Shown here in pieces: positions 1 through 13,797 of a stretch of 64,000 nucleotides of DNA. The translations under genes were made by a program, and so were the position numbers. Below the pieces are notes generated by a model. It saw nothing but the letters and a program-made list of their open reading frames with translations. It ran no database searches and had not been told where the DNA came from. Source of the DNA: an uncultured Planctomycetaceae bacterium (GTDB taxonomy: Bacteria > Planctomycetota > Planctomycetia > Isosphaerales > Isosphaeraceae); NCBI GenBank assembly GCA_963833985.1, contig CAWIAD010000002.1:5504001-5568000 (forward strand), written 5' to 3'. Within the stretch, counting starts at the first letter, position 1. The number at the start of each line of letters is the position of its first letter.

Positions 1-45
1 TCTCTAGGACGGCTGCGGCCGCGCGTCAAACCCTTGCGCTGTCCA

Positions 46-112
46 CCGGTTCACGGCTTCCGGTTCACGCACCAGCCGGTTCACGGCTTCCGGTTCACGG
101 TTCACGCACCAG
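46..112. repeat. Short tandem repeat: two ~30-bp units containing five CGGTTCACG cores, overlapping the stop of the AAA gene
   Basis: ccggttcacggcttccggttcacgcaccag at 46-75 is repeated at 76-112 with an extra 7-nt duplication. Confidence 0.85.
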
Positions 113-1447
113 CACAGCCTGGTTGCGGTGTGCCGGATTCCCGACCTCGCGGAGCTGGTCGTCGAAATCGACCTCGTGGGCGGCCGCTTCGGGGGCACCC
201 CGATGCCGCAGCAAGTGCTCCTGGATGGCCGCCATGCAGATCTTCCCGGCAGGCACCTGCGCGGCGAAGCGATCGGCCAGGGCTTCCAGCCTGGGCGCGG
301 CCATCTCGGAGTCCTGGTAGAACCAGAGAAAGAGCCGCCGCGCCTGCTCGGGCAGCGCGTGCCCGAGCTCGACCCGGAGATCCACGCGCCCCGGGCGAAT
401 GAGCGCAGGGTCGAGCCGCTCGGGATGGTTCGTGGTGAGGAACAGCACCCGGCCCTCCCGCGAGCTCACTCCATCAAGGGCATTGAGCAATCCGCTCAAG
501 GTCACGCCCGTCTGCTCGTTGGTCAAGCGTTCGCTCTTGAACACGCAGTCCACGTCCTCGATGAGCAGCACGGTCGCCGGGGGCAAGGCATCGACGAGGC
601 TGCGCAATGCATCGTCCGAGAGCACCCGGTTGCTCAGGCTGAGCACGGCCACCGACAGGTTCAGCTCGCCCGCGACGGCCAGGACCAGGGTGGTCTTGCC
701 ATTTCCGGGTGCCCCGTGCAGCAGATACCCCCGGCGATGGGGAACCCCGCGCTGGACGTACCAGGCCCGGGAATCATAGAACGACCGCAGGTCCTTGAGC
801 AGCTCCTCGAGGATACCGTCGGCCAGCACCAGGGATTCGAGCGGCCGGCGCGGCTGCCATGACGTGGTTTCCCAGCTCTCATACCGCGCCGTGAGGATGT
901 TCACCCCGGGCGTTCCCGGGCAGGCCAGCGCTCGCGACTCGGTCAGAAGCTGCTCGACCAAGGCACGCGAGCCGCCGAAGACCTGGAGCGACAGGGTTTC
1001 CTGGAACGTTCGGGAATTACCGTTTTGCAGGTCGCGCCGGCTCCGGTGCAGCAGCACCAGGCGCCGCTGGTAGAACATCAGGTGCACGCCAGGCGCCGGC
1101 GAGAGCAGGAACTTGACGCGGGATGAGGGACCCGTCGCTGCGCTGTCTTCCGGATCGAACACGACGGCCGCGTCGGTTTCGGCATCCGCCGGAATCCACG
1201 TGGTCGCCAGGCTGAGATCCCTGGCCCGCCGCGCGTACGGCTGTGCGGCTAGCCAGACCTGGAGCCAGCGAAATGCCGGATCGCGGTCCGGGATCTCGAT
1301 CGTGATCGACAGCCGGCGCTGCAAGAACGTCCAGGCCTGTGCCGGTAGCTTGCGCAGCAGGGCCGCGACCGCGCCGATCACCATCAGCGACAGTCCACCA
1401 GAGAAAAAAGCGTTCTGGTTCAGCGTTTCAAGCAGATGTTGAATCAT
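95..1447 (-). CDS. Bcs1-like AAA+ ATPase (N-terminal TM helix, BCS1_N domain, AAA domain)
   Basis: ORF 95..1522, likely ATG 1447 (MIQHLL). Motifs RGVPHRRGYLLHGAPGNGKT (Walker A), LLIEDVD (Walker B), VTLSGLLNALDG and TTNHPERLDPALIRPGRVD; N-terminal NAFFSGGLSLMVIG. Confidence 0.85.
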   Translation of the reverse strand: MIQHLLETLNQNAFFSGGLSLMVIGAVAALLRKLPAQAWTFLQRRLSITIEIPDRDPAFRWLQVWLAAQPYARRARDLSLATTWIPADAETDAAVVFDPEDSAATGPSSRVKFLLSPAPGVHLMFYQRRLVLLHRSRRDLQNGNSRTFQETLSLQVFGGSRALVEQLLTESRALACPGTPGVNILTARYESWETTSWQPRRPLESLVLADGILEELLKDLRSFYDSRAWYVQRGVPHRRGYLLHGAPGNGKTTLVLAVAGELNLSVAVLSLSNRVLSDDALRSLVDALPPATVLLIEDVDCVFKSERLTNEQTGVTLSGLLNALDGVSSREGRVLFLTTNHPERLDPALIRPGRVDLRVELGHALPEQARRLFLWFYQDSEMAAPRLEALADRFAAQVPAGKICMAAIQEHLLRHRGAPEAAAHEVDFDDQLREVGNPAHRNQAVLVREP

Positions 1448-1621
1448 GTCAGGCCAGGACGCGCTGGCGTCCGATGCAAGCGCCCGGCGAAGCCGGGCCA
1501 GGAAAACCCACGACCACCCCAATCGGTCACAGGGAATAATAGCCAGGTTCGCGCGATTTCAAGTGAGGTTCCGCGGCCAGAAGCGGCACAGGTGACAGAA
1601 GACGGGGCACGGTCGACCCGG

Positions 1622-2908
1622 TCAGGGTCCGCGATGAATCACCCCGCCCTTCATCACCAGGCGCACCTTGCGCAGCGCGGAGATGTCGCGTGCGGGGTCG
1701 CCCTCCACCACAACCAGGTCCGCGAGCAGGCCGGCCTTGACGGCTCCCAGCCGGTGATCCAGGCGGAGCACGCGGGCCGCCGTTGCGGTGGCAGCCTGCA
1801 AGGCCTCCGCGGGCTTCATGCCGAAGGAGACCATGAGCTCCAGCTCCCGCGCTCCTTCACCATGTGCGAAGACGCCCATGTCGCTGCCGTTGACAATGGT
1901 CACGCCTGCCTCGCGAGCCTGCTGGAAGAGGTTCCGCAGCCTGGCAAGCGCCGGGGGTTCGGGATCGACGCCAATCCGCCGGGCGCGATAATGCGTGGCC
2001 GAGACCTCAGTCGCGGTCAAGGTCGGGCAGAGTGCCACGCCACGCCGGGCCATCAGGCGAAACACCTCGGGGTCGCCGCCGTAACCGTGTTCGATGGTTG
2101 CCACACCAGCCTCGGCGGCCCGGATCATCCCTTCGCGGGAGGAGGCGTGCGCCGCGACCGGAATACCGCTGGATTGTGCCGTCTCGACGATCAGCGCCAG
2201 CTCCTCGCGGGAGAACGAGGGCCACACTTCCTTGCCGCCCATGGCCGTATCCGCATAGACCTTGATCCAGTCTGCGCCACGGCCAATCTGGTCGCGGACC
2301 ACGCGGATCAGGGCGTCGTGCCCGTCGGCCTCCTCGGCGCCCTGCGGGATATGCCATTCGGGTGCGAACCCCTTGGGCGCATAGGACCCCGTCGCCACGA
2401 TCGCCCGCGTGGTGACAATCAGCCGCGGCCCCGGGATGATCCCCTGCTCGACGGCCTGCTTGAGTCCCACGTCCGCGTAACCGGCCCCTTCAGTGCCCAG
2501 GTCGCGGAGCGTGGTGAAACCCGACAGCAGGTTGCTTTTCAGGTGATTGACCGCCCGGCAGACCCGCAGCGCCTGGGGTTCCTTGAGCACCTGATCATTC
2601 CATACGGCCTCATTGTACGGATGCAGCAGCACGTGCGTATGCGCATCGATCAGCCCCGGCAGGAGTGTCGTTCCAGGCAGCTCGACAACCTTTGCTCCCT
2701 CCGGCGCTTTCAGCTCGTCCGCTGGCCCAACTGCCTCGATCTTCTGTCCCCGCACCAGTACCGCCCACTTCACATGGGGCTCCGCGTCCAGTCCGTCGAA
2801 GACCCGGTCCGGGCGCAGCAGAAAGTCGTGCGCGAAGCCAGTGATCTGACTGTTGAGCCCCGCGAGCAGTGTGATGATGAAGACAGCAAGCGGCAAGCGG
2901 CTTTGCAT
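1622..2908 (-). CDS. Metal-dependent amidohydrolase (Xaa-Pro dipeptidase-like subgroup), signal peptide
   Basis: [36 protein letters not shown] and GLLADLVVV motifs. Confidence 0.9.
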   Translation of the reverse strand: MQSRLPLAVFIITLLAGLNSQITGFAHDFLLRPDRVFDGLDAEPHVKWAVLVRGQKIEAVGPADELKAPEGAKVVELPGTTLLPGLIDAHTHVLLHPYNEAVWNDQVLKEPQALRVCRAVNHLKSNLLSGFTTLRDLGTEGAGYADVGLKQAVEQGIIPGPRLIVTTRAIVATGSYAPKGFAPEWHIPQGAEEADGHDALIRVVRDQIGRGADWIKVYADTAMGGKEVWPSFSREELALIVETAQSSGIPVAAHASSREGMIRAAEAGVATIEHGYGGDPEVFRLMARRGVALCPTLTATEVSATHYRARRIGVDPEPPALARLRNLFQQAREAGVTIVNGSDMGVFAHGEGARELELMVSFGMKPAEALQAATATAARVLRLDHRLGAVKAGLLADLVVVEGDPARDISALRKVRLVMKGGVIHRGP

Positions 2909-2978
2909 GGATATCGACCACCGAAGAAGGGTACGTTCGTGACCGGGCTCCTTACCTCAGATCTCATGCGGCGTCCGG

Positions 2979-7598
<4,620 letters not shown>

Positions 7599-7800
7599 GA
7601 GACGGCCGTCCTGATACTGGTGCGTGACCGAGATTCGTGCCGGGGCGGGCGCTGAGGATTCGATCCCCAGCGCGATCGAGGCCCATTGTGCAGGCTGTTC
7701 AACAAGAATTCAATCAGCGTCCTTACCTGCTGCCCGGGTTTCCGAGGAGGGTTTCGTGGTGCCGGCCGAGATTGCGGGAGACGCTTTGCATGCCCCTGCC

Positions 7801-9189
7801 TCACTCGGCCATGACACCCGCGAGCGTGAATTCGCCGCGGCCCAGCTCGGCCGCCTTGAGACGCCAGGCGCGCAGCAGGTAGAGGCCCGACGCGCCCAGG
7901 CCCAGGGCAAGGCCGATCCAGAGCCCCCTGATGCCGTAGCCGCCCGTGAACGCCAGTACGTACCCCAGGGGCAAGCCGATGACCCAGTGGGCCACCAGGT
8001 TGGCGGCCATCGGCGTACGGGTGTCTCCGGCGCCCCGCATCGTTCCCGTAGAAACTCCTTGAAGTCCATCGAAGAGCTGGAACGCCGCCGCCACGACCAT
8101 GAGCGACGCGGCCGTGCGGACGATCGCCGGATCGGTCGTGAACAGCGAGGCCAGTGGTGCCGGCATGGTGGCCATGATGGTGCCCGACGCCGCCATGAAG
8201 CTGACGCCCAGGGCCACAGCCATCCAGCCGGCGCGGCCCGCGGCATCCGGCTCGCCCTGCCCGAGCGCCTGGCCCACGCGGACGGCTCCGGCGGATGCAA
8301 GGCCCAGAGGAATCATGAACGTCACGCTCGACACGTCGAGCACGATGTGGTGCGCCGCCAGGTCAACCGGGTCGAGCATGCCCGCCAGTACGGTCGCCGC
8401 GGCGAATACGCCCACCTCCAGCGTCACGTGAACGGCAGCCGGCGTGCCCAGCACCAGAAGCTGATAGACCTGGCCGAGGTGAGGCCGCAGCGATGCGTGG
8501 AACAGGCCCGTTCTATAACGCCACTCGTGGTAAATGACGTAAACCACCAGGACCAGGGCCATGTAAACGCGCGCGATCGTGGTGGCCCAGCCCGTTCCCG
8601 TGACGCCCAGCGCTGGTACACCCAGGTGACCGTTCATCAAGATCCAGTCGCCGAGGATGTTGATGCCGTTTGCGGTCACCAGTGCGAACATGACCGGCTT
8701 GATGATCCCCATACCCTGCAAGTAGCGCCTCAGGGCGGCATAGATGAACAGCGGGATCGTGCCCCAGATCAGGGCCCGCAGGAATGGCACGGCCCGGGCG
8801 ACGACCGCGGGATGGACACCCAGGAGGCCGAGAGAGGGAATCCCCACCCAGAGCAGCAGCATGATCGGCGGTACGGTCAGCAAGCAGAGATAGAGTGCCT
8901 GCACAAGCCAGCGGTGGCAATCGTCCAGCCGACCGGCCCCATGAGCCTGTGAGACCAGCGTATCGAGCCCGAGCAGGAGGCCCAGGCCGAAGATCGTTAC
9001 CGAGAAGTACAGGGCGCTGCCCAGGCTCACAGCGCCGATGGCCTCCGCCCCGAGCCGGCCCACGAAGAGCGTGTCCACGATGCCCATGGCCATCCAGCCC
9101 AGCTCGGCCAGGATGACCGGACAGGCTAAAGTGATCATCGACTTCAGCTCGCCGCGGGCACCGTGGCATGAACGGTCCATGTCATCCAT
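7801..9189 (-). CDS. MATE-family multidrug efflux transporter (NorM-like)
   Basis: About 12 hydrophobic segments; MGIVDTLFVGRLG, FQLFDGLQ and RGAGDTRTPM motifs. Confidence 0.92.
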   Translation of the reverse strand: MDDMDRSCHGARGELKSMITLACPVILAELGWMAMGIVDTLFVGRLGAEAIGAVSLGSALYFSVTIFGLGLLLGLDTLVSQAHGAGRLDDCHRWLVQALYLCLLTVPPIMLLLWVGIPSLGLLGVHPAVVARAVPFLRALIWGTIPLFIYAALRRYLQGMGIIKPVMFALVTANGINILGDWILMNGHLGVPALGVTGTGWATTIARVYMALVLVVYVIYHEWRYRTGLFHASLRPHLGQVYQLLVLGTPAAVHVTLEVGVFAAATVLAGMLDPVDLAAHHIVLDVSSVTFMIPLGLASAGAVRVGQALGQGEPDAAGRAGWMAVALGVSFMAASGTIMATMPAPLASLFTTDPAIVRTAASLMVVAAAFQLFDGLQGVSTGTMRGAGDTRTPMAANLVAHWVIGLPLGYVLAFTGGYGIRGLWIGLALGLGASGLYLLRAWRLKAAELGRGEFTLAGVMAE

Positions 9190-9398
9190 TCCTCACACCA
9201 ACCGCAGCTAGCCAATCTGGACCTGGCTTCCAGCAGAAACGCCTGCGGACTCGGATTTCGCCTGATGTCGGAAACCGACTTGCATATAGTATAGGAATCC
9301 CGTTCTGCGGGAACGGATCCACCGTCTTGATGAGACGACCGCTGCATGATGGCGGTCCATCAACAGGGAACGAGCCAGAGAAACCGACAGGGCCGGCC

Positions 9399-9908
9399 AT
9401 GATGACGTCATTCCATAATAACCCGACTCCCGCTCAACCCGAGCCCCAGGTGGAAACTGACAGCCGTTTCCCCTCGGGACCCTGGTGCGGTTTCTTCCTG
9501 ATGTCTCACCTCCCCGGCCGGCACGCGATGGAGCTGCACCTGACGTTCCGCCAGGGGGTGATGACGGGTGAAGGCCGTGACCTGATCGGCCCCTTTCTGA
9601 TCCGTGGCCGATACCAGGTGGAGGACGGCCAGTGCTGGTGGAGCAAGCGGTATCTCGGCAAGCACGACGTCTCCTATCGCGGCTACAACGAAGGCAAAGG
9701 CATCTGGGGCCTCTGGGAGATTCCCCCAAGCTGGAAGGGGGGCTTCCACATCTGGCCAGAGGCCATGGGCGATCCCACGCGGCAGAAGCTCTCCGAGGCG
9801 ATTGACGAGCCGCTGGAGACGGACACGCAGGCGCAAGTCGAAGTGGAAGCCGGCACGGCCGTCGGGGTCGGTGCGGAGGCCGGTGAGCTGGCGACCGTTG
9901 GCGCCTGA
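9399..9908 (+). CDS. Conserved hypothetical protein (FPSGPWCGFF...YLGKHDVSYRG...GIWGLW...GGFHIWP), acidic tail
   Basis: Clean ORF with a protein-like aromatic/Gly pattern; start chosen at ATG 9399. Confidence 0.7.
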   Translation: MMTSFHNNPTPAQPEPQVETDSRFPSGPWCGFFLMSHLPGRHAMELHLTFRQGVMTGEGRDLIGPFLIRGRYQVEDGQCWWSKRYLGKHDVSYRGYNEGKGIWGLWEIPPSWKGGFHIWPEAMGDPTRQKLSEAIDEPLETDTQAQVEVEAGTAVGVGAEAGELATVGA

Positions 9909-9978
9909 GCGTACTGGAACCGCCGTCGGCGCCTGAGCCTGCTGGCACCCACGTCGGCGCCTGAGCCTGCTGAAACCG
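9895..9978. repeat. Three tandem imperfect 28-bp repeats duplicating the gene end and its stop codon
   Basis: Units at 9895-9922, 9923-9950 and 9951-9978 share the core GTYGGCGCCTGAGC. Confidence 0.85.
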
Positions 9979-10028
9979 CGGCTGTGTCGAAATCGCGGCG
10001 GTCCGGGTGTTTTGCGCCGGCCGATCCC

Positions 10029-10979
10029 TCACCGCTCGGCAGCGGCCTGGAGCCGTTTCCTCATGGTGATCGAGTTGCCGGCCGGGTTGAACGCAACCTC
10101 GTCCATGAACGTGCGGATCAGCAGCAGGCCGCGGCCGCCGATCTTGACCATGTCTTCATCCTCGACCGGCCTGTCGAACCGGGCCGTATCGAAACCGGGC
10201 CCCTCGTCGTCGACCACGAATGTCGCGGCCCGGTGATCGATACAGATGACCACATGGATGCGCCGCGATGCATAGGGCTCCTGCACGCGGCGGGCCTCCG
10301 CTTCCTGGAAGAATCGCTGCTCGTCCTCCTGCCGGAGTTCGGAGCTGACCTCCAGATTGCCGTGAAACAACGCATTGGTGAGCGCTTCCTGGAGGGCGAT
10401 GCTCAGCCGGATCCGTCCCATGTGATCCAGCAGACCCAGCCCGTCCAGCTCTTCCCGCACCAGGTCGAGCAGCGAGGCAATCAGGTTGGGGTCATTCTCC
10501 AGCGAAAAGGCGGATTCGCGGCGTTGCAAGCACTGCATGAGCTGCCGGCGCTGGCGGTCGCAGGCCGAGCAGCGCAGGACGCTTCTGACCGTCTCCGCCA
10601 GGTCGCGCGCCAGGTCTTTCTTGGGGATGTAGTTCGCGGCACCCGCCCGTAGTGCCCGCATTGCGGCTTCCTCGCTGCCGAATGCGGTCATGACGATCAT
10701 GGGGATGGACGGAAAGCGAGTGCGCACCTGATGCACCAGTTGCACGCCGTCCATGTCGGGCATGATCAGGTCGGTGACGATGACGTCCGGCACTTCACGG
10801 TCGAGCGTCCGCAGGGCTTCGGTGCCACTGCTGGCGAAGATCAGCCGTAATCCGGGTACGGCGTCGAGGAGTCGTCCGATGACCTGGTGATCAAATAATG
10901 AGTCGTCCACAACCAGCACGGTAGCCGGCAGTGTGTTCGCAACCACACCGGGGACTGGCGTCATGTCAGCCTGGATCAT
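10029..10979 (-). CDS. Response regulator with C-terminal anti-sigma-type HATPase domain
   Basis: Receiver domain VLVVDD...IVTDLIMPDMDG...MTAFG...YIPK; HATPase EALTNALFHGN, DEGPGFD, GGRGL. Confidence 0.88.
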   Translation of the reverse strand: MIQADMTPVPGVVANTLPATVLVVDDSLFDHQVIGRLLDAVPGLRLIFASSGTEALRTLDREVPDVIVTDLIMPDMDGVQLVHQVRTRFPSIPMIVMTAFGSEEAAMRALRAGAANYIPKKDLARDLAETVRSVLRCSACDRQRRQLMQCLQRRESAFSLENDPNLIASLLDLVREELDGLGLLDHMGRIRLSIALQEALTNALFHGNLEVSSELRQEDEQRFFQEAEARRVQEPYASRRIHVVICIDHRAATFVVDDEGPGFDTARFDRPVEDEDMVKIGGRGLLLIRTFMDEVAFNPAGNSITMRKRLQAAAER

Positions 10980-11115
10980 CGACGCTCGGGGAAGTACCGT
11001 CTTGCCAGCAATCCTCCCGCAAGGCGATCACCCTACCACAAACGCCCCCTGAACTTCATCGTCATTCTGCGGGGAAGCCCAGGGCCGCGGGGCAGCCCAC
11101 GGTGGCCATGGGCGT

Positions 11116-12541
11116 TCACCAGAGCAAGTGCGTCCAGTTCCGGCGACAGGCCGCCGGAGTCTCGCCGCGCAGCCAGCGCCTCAGGTCGTGGGCGAGCTCC
11201 TCGACACGACACGTAACGCTCGTCCGGCTGCTTGGCCATGGCCTTCCGGCAGATCGCGCTGAGGGGCCTGGGAATGCGCGGGTCCAGCGTTCGCGGCGAC
11301 GGCGGATCGTGATGAACGGCGTGCAGGAGCACGGACGAGGGTGTACCGAAGAACGGCGGCTGGCCGCAAAGCATCTCGTACAGCACGGTACCCAGGCTGT
11401 ACTGATCGCTGGACGGCAAGACCAGGGCGCTGCCACCATGGGCCAGCTCGGGAGCCAGATAGGCAGGCGTGCCCAGGATGGTTCCCGGTGGCGTGGGAAC
11501 TTCACCGGAATCGGGCAGGTAGGCAATCCCGAAGTCCATCAGGTAGGCTTCATCCAGCGGGTCGATCCGGACATTGGCCGGTTTCACGTCTCGGTGGATG
11601 ATGCCCATCCCGTGTGCATGAGCCAGCGCTTCGGCGAGCTCGGCGACGATCCTCGCGCTTTCCTCGAAGAGGAGGGGTTTCTCCGCAATGCGTTCCGCCA
11701 GGCTGCGGCCCTCGATCAGGGCCATCGCGATGTAATGGGAGTCTCCATCGCGGCCGGCTTCGAAGACCGGCACGATGCGCGGATGATGCAGCCGCGCCAG
11801 GGCGCGGGCCTCGCTGAGGAAGCGTTCCAGGGCCCGGGCGGAGGCACCGGCTCGCGGCCGGCGCAGCTTGAGTGCCACCTGACGCTCCAGGAAGGGATCG
11901 AACGCGCGGTAGACCGTGGCATGGTGCCCTTCGCCCAGCACGTCGAGGATTTCGAACCGGCTTAGCCTCCAGGCCGTGCGCCGTGCCAGTGCGTGCTGCT
12001 TGCCGCTCGGCTTGCCGCCTGTGCTCCGGGCCCTGGCCACTGATTCCGGCGCGCTGGGGGGTGGCGCCATCGCGTTGACCGGTGCATCGCAGTGTGAGAA
12101 ATCGTCCGGATCAAACGGCGCGACGTAGATCTCTCCACTTTCGGGAAGGTTGCAATCCGCCGGGACTGGCAAACTCCACGACTCTTCGGCAACTGAGTCA
12201 AATCCCGCGATGGCAAACTCACTGCTTTCCCCGATGGCGCTTCTCGACCCCCGCGAGATCACCCCGATCGCGGCTTCTGTGGTGCGGCTCCAGGTGAGCG
12301 ATGGCTCACTCTGCGGATGCGTGTGCAGTGCGCCGACACCAACCTCACCACGGGCCTGGGGGGTGTAGCGCCGGGGTAAAGGGCCAAGCACGCGGGTCCA
12401 GCCCGAGTCAACACCGCTCGCCTCGGTCGTGGGAAGCTTCGTCAGGCAACGCGGGCATCGGAAGACCCGGCCAAGCGGGTCCTCCCCAAATTGCGATGTC
12501 CGCCCGCATGAGGGGTTCGGGCATCGTATCACCCGTGCCAT
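11116..12541 (-). CDS. Ser/Thr protein kinase with N-terminal Zn-ribbon; frameshift near 11210
   Basis: CPNPSC...CPRC, LGEGHHATVY, VALK, HRDVKPAN, DFG, GTPAYLAPE. The C-terminus EELAHDLRRWLRGE continues in the frame of ORF 11116..11526. Confidence 0.85.
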
Positions 12542-12972
12542 CAGGAGCCTCCCTTATCGACCCTGCCTCCAGACCGCCACTCGGTACCTGTGCCGGACCG
12601 GCACACGTTGCAGGAACGGGTATTTATTTCTAACCATATCCTGGGAATTTATAGTGTGCTCGGACTCATCGCAAGAACAGATACCCACAGAATTCCCATC
12701 ACAGAAGACAACTCCTGGCATTCTCGACACGGACTGTGCAGTTCGCCTACAACAAGCAGCTTGACGCGAACGGCAAACTTTTCCTGGAAAGGAATTGTTT
12801 GATTCCTTGATGAAACGGATGCATGGCTGACAATCAGGAAGGGCCTGGCAAAGGGCGGCGGCGCCCGGGTTCAGGGGCAATCAAAGGGCTGCCTAGTGTT
12901 GCTCTCGCAACAGTTCCGCGCCCCGGGGTAAACTCGCTCCGCAGAATCATTCCCTTGGGTAGTCTCCAGGCC

Positions 12973-13761
12973 ATGAAGACAACCATACTCGACGAGATCG
13001 TTGCCGCAAAGCACCTGGAGGTCGCGGCGGCCAGCCGGCGGATGCCTCTGGAGGAACTGGAGGCCCAGGCGTCTCTTGCGGTGCCGGTCCGCGATTTTCG
13101 CGCGGCACTGGCCGGGCCAGGGCCAATCCAGCTCATTGCCGAGGTCAAGAAGGCCAGCCCGTCGGCCCAGGTCATCCGGACAGACTTCGACCCTGTCGCC
13201 ATCGCGCGGACCTACCAGCAGCATGGCGCAGCTTGCATCAGCGTCCTCACCGACGCACCTTATTTCCAGGGCCACCTGTCGCACCTGGCTCGTGTGCGGG
13301 CGTCCGTCGTGCTTCCCCTGCTCCGCAAGGACTTCCTGATCGACGAGTACCAGGTGGTCGAGGCCCGACTGGCCGGGGCCGATGCCATCTTGCTCATCGC
13401 CGAGATCCTCGATGACGCCATGATGACCGCACTGCTGGCGCGAGCGCGCGGCCTGGGCATGACGGCCCTGGTCGAGCTGCACGACCCGGAGAACCTGCCG
13501 CGCGTCCTCCGCGCGGGGGCCGACCTGGTGGGCGTCAATAATCGGGACCTCAGGCACTTCACCACCGATATCGAGCACACCCTCCGGCTGCGCGACCAGA
13601 TTCCGCCGGAGATTCTGCTCGTCAGCGAGAGCGGCATCCGGACCCGGAGGGACGTGGAGCGGCTCGAGGACGCGGGCGTCTCGGCCATCCTCGTGGGTGA
13701 GTCCCTGATGCGCGCCGGGGACGCCGGCCTGGCCATCGAGCAGCTTCTGGGCCTGGCGTGA
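12973..13761 (+). CDS. trpC: Indole-3-glycerol-phosphate synthase
   Basis: ILDEIVA, LIAEVKKASPS, SVLTD, LRKDF, GVNNRDL, VSESGI and LVGESLM motifs. Confidence 0.96.
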   Translation: MKTTILDEIVAAKHLEVAAASRRMPLEELEAQASLAVPVRDFRAALAGPGPIQLIAEVKKASPSAQVIRTDFDPVAIARTYQQHGAACISVLTDAPYFQGHLSHLARVRASVVLPLLRKDFLIDEYQVVEARLAGADAILLIAEILDDAMMTALLARARGLGMTALVELHDPENLPRVLRAGADLVGVNNRDLRHFTTDIEHTLRLRDQIPPEILLVSESGIRTRRDVERLEDAGVSAILVGESLMRAGDAGLAIEQLLGLA

Positions 13762-13797
13762 CCTGTGGTGGGCAGGATGGAGCCAGGGCTTGCCGCC

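Noticed and set aside
9895..9978. Possible mini-CRISPR (also considered 46-112 and 25140-25217)
   Set aside because: The units are directly tandem with no unique spacers, and no cas genes are in the window.
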